Part shown: piece after piece, positions 57,523 to 64,000 of the stretch
How the letters are laid out: each line of letters begins with the position of its first letter
Position numbering within the stretch: position 1 is the first letter of the stretch
From: Octopus vulgaris
Taxonomy: Eukaryota
DNA: 64,000 nt
Direction: 5' to 3'
Assembly: GCA_951406725.2 (NCBI GenBank)
Contig: OX597830.1
Coordinates: 38,254,001-38,318,000 of the forward strand
Notes under the pieces: model-generated
Databases searched by the model: none
What the model was told of the DNA's origin: nothing
The model's input: only the letters and a program-made list of their open reading frames with translations
Translations under genes and position numbers: made by a program

Positions 57523-58174
57523 GTATCTTCACAAAAGTTATAAATACTAACGTTTTAAACAGTGAGCTTAATCTCGTTGGTATGAGAGGGCGAATTGAAC
57601 TTTTTATCTGCATGTCTATTTTCGTGAGCATGATAATAATGTAGTGCGTGTTCCTCCAATATCCGGAATAAGGCGTTTCCTACAAATACAGATATATATT
57701 TTCATTAAGGTGGAAGCAAAATCCCACGACTACGATGAGGATCGATGATATTATCTACGTTTGCTGATATTGATTTTCTTCGCCACGATTTGCCGATTCC
57801 CCCCCAAAATTAATCACTCTTTTCATCAAATTGCTTTTTCAATGTATAAAAGGGTGCGTTTCAAGTTCGCAGATTTAGAATACATGTCTAAAACTATTGA
57901 GTATTAGTTACGATATTCAATACTGAAATGGAGCTAAAGTTGCTTTCTTTAGTTCATTCAGAATTAGGATTTATTCAAAAGAAAGGGCATAGCGCTATGA
58001 TCACGCTTGATCTTAAGGATTTCAATTTGTAACTATACCATGCCCTATAATATGTTTTTTCGGGAATAAATAATAAACTTCGTGAATAAATTGACAATGA
58101 ATGGACCGATATAACGCAAAAATGTGTTTACTATATATAAATATATAAATAATTAAAGCGGAAAACTACTGCAG

Positions 58175-58295
58175 TATTTTATTCTCATTTGGAATGGAAT
58201 TATTCTATTTTAAATGTAATTCTTACATTTTGAATGGAGTTATTCACCTTCGAATCGTATTATTCCATATTTAATGGAATTATTCTAATACTTAA
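58175..58295. repeat. Degenerate ~21-bp minisatellite (aatggaattattc...)
   Basis: Five to six imperfect contiguous units. Confidence 0.65.
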
Positions 58296-58319
58296 TGTGA
58301 AATGGTATAGATTAGCTAC

Positions 58320-58690
58320 TATACATCCCATTGGACAACACTTTGAGCGAATAATTTCTTCATTACACCAGTGCTGTCAATGCTTTGCAAGTGAAATTGG
58401 GTAGACGGGAAAGCTGGCTAAAACTGCCGGAAGGAATATTTATGTGCTGCCCTGCTTATTACCGTAAAATGGCGCACCAGTCTCACAGGCCACGGAAAGT
58501 GTCGTATATGTTATCTTTACCCACTTGACTTAACAACTGCATCAACTGGAGTGACGGCACGTAAAGAAGCAATCAGAATTTGATATGCTTACGCTCCGTT
58601 CACAAGCAAACTCTACAACAACGAATAATTGGAGCTCTTTTGAATATAAGATTGCGGCTTGAACAAAAATGTATGCCCGAATGGACTACA
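58320..58690 (+). pseudogene. Decayed C-type lectin-like domain
   Basis: SHWTTL, NWVDG (58395) ...NCRK, INWSDGT (WSDGT at 58547-58561), NNWSS, DCGLNKNVC, in CTL order over about 370 nt. Stops and frameshifts present. Confidence 0.5.
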
Positions 58691-59362
58691 TAAATAGACT
58701 ACCTCCCAGAAATGTACCATACCATCTTGATCGTTTCTCTCCAATCAAGCAAGTAATTTAAATTACTATACGCCAGGCTGCTGCACAGGTCTACAGCCGT
58801 CATAGTCCAACAGTAGACAATATAAGGAAGGACTTACATGTTTAATAACACTACGTTCATATTCTAAACGATAGAAATGTGCTTTCATTTTCTAATAAAT
58901 CCCATGAAAATATTGAAGAAGCATGAACTGTTAGAAAATATGCAATTTTATACCAGCTAGCAATATATAAAAAACAAAGCGACCATCGGTCACTGATTTA
59001 CAACAAACAACGTAGCGAAGTGTACGATCTCCATAAGAGATGAGAGTAGTAACTATACTAACAAGTAAAGATAATCACTACATCAATATGGCTGTTCAAC
59101 GTTACTATTTCTGGAGCGGACTCTGTTCATCTCTCTAGCAAACCGGGTGCTTGCGACTAAGAACAAGTAAAACTAAATCGAATCTGAGTCGGTCCCGCGA
59201 TGCCGTCGTCTGCTGGAGGTTGGTATGGGTTCGCTCCCCTGCCTGCAGTATATACAGGCCGCAGGCTGCACCTATAACCAGGTGGCGGAATATCTTCCTG
59301 GGATTTAAACAGCAGTAACATTGAGGTGCCATATTTATGTGGCGATTAACACTACTTGTATA

Positions 59363-59760
59363 TCTTTATATATAAAAGAGAAGTTGTGTGTCTGTCTCCT
59401 ACAATTTAGATTCCTAACTACTCCCACATTTTGCGGTGCAGTTTAACCAAAACCGGGTATCTTATAGTCGTGATTCATATCGAGCCCTTCTGGGTATTAG
59501 CGCGCGTCTACGATGAGTCTACGATTTTTCAAAAACAATTACAATCATTTTTTTCCATTTTAATGCATTTTTTCGCTATTATATAAGGGAAGTATCTCTC
59601 TAAAAATGTCTACGATGAGTCAACGATTTAAAAAAAAAATTACCATCATTTGTTTTCCATTTTTAATGCATTTTTTGCTATTTTTTGGCTATAACTCTCT
59701 AAAAATGCTTATATAGTTATTTCCCTTACAAACCCGAGCAACGCCGGGCGATACTGCTAG
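59363..59760 (+). mobile_element. Non-autonomous Helitron, 398 bp
   Basis: Inserted between A and T (a|TCtttatatataaaa ... CTAG|t), with a subterminal hairpin cccgagcaacgccggg just before CTAG, no TSD, and an internal ~100-bp tandem duplication (gtctacgatgagtc...). Confidence 0.9.
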
Positions 59761-61009
59761 TATATATGTATATGCATGTGTGTGTGTGTGTGTTTGTGTG
59801 TGTGTACATATCTGAATGTGTTTTTATATATATTTAGGTAAGTGTATGTACTTAAACTAATATAATATATGCACATATATAGATTACTTGTTTTTTCGGG
59901 GTGGGATGTATGTTTATAGGTGTATGTGGGTATATATGGGTGTATATCTTTGTGAGTGTTTGGATATTTTTGAGTATGTTAATGCTTGCGTGTGTGCAAT
60001 CCTCTGTATGAGTATTGTTTTGGCTTCGTTATATTTCATTGCGATAGAAAGTACTTACGTACAGGTATTTTTCCTTTTCTTCCCTAGTTGAAAGTAATTA
60101 TTATTAATTAATATCCCTTGGTTTAATCTTTATATACCCGAAACTTTTCTTCCTCTCCTATCCCTCTCTGTCTTTTGTTGACATTAGGCATGGTAAATTC
60201 CTTGAATATATCTTAATTGATATGTAATAGCTTAATTGATAGTAAATTATCATACTTAACATTTTATCTAGTATCCATCTAGTATCTATCTTCTGTATAT
60301 ATAAAGATAAATCATATACACACATACGCATACGTGTTGATGCATTACAACAATATAAAACAGATCTAACATTTACTATTCGAAGTTTTCTGTTTTATGC
60401 ATAAAAGATGATATGAATATGAAATATTAGTCAGGATTCTTTCCCACAAACATGTATTAGTTGACTGAAAAATATCTGCGTTTTCTTGATTCACATTTCC
60501 CTGAAAGGTATTAAAGCAAAGCTTATAATAGCTATAGGGATCACGTGTCACATATAGATGCTACGTTTTATCTGCAAAAATAAAATAAATATTCTTCAAG
60601 TGGTTGTATTCTTACAATGTTATTGGACATAAGGCATCGCATCATAATTATCATCATTTCAACACAGTCGTAGAAAATAAGAAGTACATAATTTTTCTTT
60701 GTTTGCCAAATGATCAAAAGCGATCTCTTTTTGTCAAATGATCAACGGTTGCGCGGTTAAGCTATGTACATTCCATCGAACCATGTTCAACTTTCTTTGA
60801 AAGTGGATCGACTAACTGGATAATGTAGTCCCAAAAATATATAATATAAAGAATGGTAAAATTTAAAATGATTTTAATCACATATCTGCTTAATCATAGC
60901 TGTTCTCCATGTAAACAGTCAGACTTATAATAATGACAATAATAATAATAATAATAATAATCATAATAATAATAATAATCATAATAATAATGATGATGAT
61001 GATGATGAC

Positions 61010-61207
61010 TTCAAATATTGCAGTTTTGGGGAAGGGGAAGAATCGATTACACTGATCCTAGTCTTCGAATGGTACTTATTTTATCGAACTAGAAATGATG
61101 AAAGGAAAAGTCGACCTCCGCGGAATTTGAAATCAGATCGGAGCAAAGAGCGAAATTCATCTGAGCATTCCCTCCAGCGTGTTAACGATTCTGCCTGCCA
61201 GCTCTCC
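61010..61207 (-). mobile_element. SINE family B, diverged
   Basis: ggtacttattttatcga...gatgaaaggaaaagtcgacctccgcggaatttga...gttaacgattctgcc..gccagctc. Confidence 0.75.
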
Positions 61208-61247
61208 TAACAACAACAACAACAATAATTATAATAATAATTATAAT

Positions 61248-61946
<699 letters not shown>

Positions 61947-62719
61947 CATGATTGAAAATAGTATGCACTTAAAAAAATTATACACTTAAGGAAGTTTCTT
62001 TAATGTTTATGAAGTCTCTGAATTTCTATCTCAATTACATCTGACATTTGATGTGAAAGACTTTTGAAATTATATGACCTTTGAAGTCATATCGATATGG
62101 AACGTCACTAAACGCCACTGAGTAAAATATCGAATCGAATTATAATTTTTATAGGAGTTTTCTGATTAACTTTAATTAGATTCATGACCTGCAAATTAAG
62201 ATGCGCAAAACTTTTGCAAATTTATAAGTGACTCATACGTGTCGTAGTATAGTCACGGATATATTCAAATATACATAAGTATTTGCATACATATAAATAT
62301 ATACATATATCCACTCTCGCTAACAGAGGCATTCACATATGCTGATCAACATACAGAGTTAAAATTATACCTTCTTATACGTAGCGAACAGAGAAAAAAA
62401 CAGGAAGAAACACGAAAACACACACATTTGAAAAAAATAGATACATACTTACAAATGCAATGCCTGATGTATTTACGCCGAAGTATACCAAAAAACACGC
62501 ATACATAGAGAAACAAATACAAAATAAGGACCCGAAGCAGTGCGTCCTTGTCACCAAGTTATATGGTAGTATTATTTGCCAGGAATTCGTTTAATATGTA
62601 AAGGGGTCTATGTATTTGGGAATATATGATGGATTTAGTGTGATATTGATGAAAGAGCAATTTTGAAATATGTTCGTACACCCATTACATATGTTTTCTC
62701 TCTTCGTAGTTTATGTAGT

Positions 62720-63645
62720 TTTCGGGTGTGTGTGTGTGTGTGTGTGCACATGTGTGTGTACTATATTTGTTGTGGTGAAGTGTGTGTGTGTACGTGTGAA
62801 TGTGTGTATGTATGTTATTTTTCTGTGTAGTGCGTGTATATGTTTGTGTGTATTATTGTGAGTGTTTTATTTGTATTGTATGTGCAGTGTGTGTGTATAC
62901 GTGTGGGTGTGTTTGTGTGTGACTGTGTGTCATGTATTTGACGGTGTGGTGTGTGTTATTGTGTGTGCTGCTTCTGTGTGTGTATGTGTGTGTCTGTGAG
63001 TGTTTGCTGTGATTGTTGGGATTATATTGCGTGTATATATGTGTGTGTGTATGCTTCTTTGGATGTGTGTATGTGATTTTTTACTGGGGAACGGGCATAT
63101 TGTGTTTGTGTGCGTGTGTACGTATGTGTGTATATATGCGTGTGTGTGGGGAGGCTGTGTTGTGTTTGCGCTTTTGTGTGTGTATCTGTGTATGTGTGGG
63201 TTTGTTTGTGTAAGTGTGTCTTGTCAGGACGGTGTGTGTAGGTGTGTGCATGTACGTGTATACATGTGTGTGTATGTGTGTATCCGTATGTGAGTGTTGG
63301 TCGTGATTGCTAGAATCGTATTGCATGTGTATATATAAGTCTTTTTTCTTGGAGAGTGTGTGGGTTTGTGCTCGAGCGGGGGGATATTGTGTTTGTGCAT
63401 GTGTGTGAATGTGTGTGTGTTTGTGTGGGAGGTTTGCATTGTATTTGTGCGTGTGTTTGTACATCTGTGTGTGTTTGTTTTGGATGTGCACCTAGGGGTA
63501 GGGTAAAGAAGGAAAATATACTTATTCAAAAACACAAACAACAACTCAACATAATCTAACATACAGCCCACCAGGTACACATCCATAAGAAACACACACA
63601 AATGGATAAATACACATAAAATGCAAACCTCTTGCACAAACACAA

Positions 63646-63676
<31 letters not shown>

Positions 63677-64000
63677 TAAACACAATATCTCCAGGCTCAA
63701 GCACAAACACACACACATTCCAAGAAAACCTACACATATTTATGCACAAGCAATACGATTCTAGCAATCACAATCAACTCTTACATACATACACATACAC
63801 ACACCTCATCGTAAACATGTACATGCACACACCTACACAGACCGCCCCGACAATTACATGATACACACAAAACACACCCACCCATACACAGATACACACA
63901 CAAACACGCAAATACAACACAACCCCACTCACACACACGCATATATACACACATACGTACACAGACACAAGCACAATATACCCGTTCCCCAGTAAAAAAA
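62720..64000. repeat. Large foldback inverted repeat built from degenerate (TG)n/(CA)n, running off the window end
   Basis: ttttttactggggaacgggcatattgtg (63077) pairs with cacaatatacccgttccccagtaaaaaa (window end). gtgattgctagaatcgtattgc (63303) pairs with gcaatacgattctagcaatcac (about 63750). Centre about 63500-63565. Confidence 0.88.

Noticed and set aside
58175-58295. Short periodic repeats, CRISPR-like at first glance
   Set aside because: Contiguous degenerate 21-bp minisatellite without spacers.

Overview
AT-rich, microsatellite-saturated eukaryotic genomic DNA. The repeat content looks like an octopus (cephalopod) genome; this is inferred from the SINE families and (TA)n/(CA)n density and was not checked against a database. 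I see no intact host gene, and most listed ORFs are translations of simple repeats. The window holds: (i) many tRNA-headed SINEs of at least four families; (ii) decayed or truncated autonomous elements: a Gypsy/Mag LTR+gag, CR1/L2-group LINE fragments, a Dong/R4-type RLE LINE with an (AAT)n tail, two Neptune-like Penelope elements, DD37D Tc1/mariner relics, a hAT relic, a non-autonomous Helitron, a MITE and a large foldback; (iii) several type I hammerhead ribozymes in Penelope-type termini, including a perfect 116-bp palindrome with a hammerhead on each strand and copies with a variant CCGANGA core; (iv) in the unique sequence between repeats, fragments that read as decayed C-type lectin (CTL) domains. 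These lie on the minus strand over about 2-36 kb, preceded by a VWA-like domain, and on the plus strand over about 47-61 kb, suggesting two divergently oriented relic multi-CTL genes. All protein and RNA-structure calls are by eye; no searches were run.
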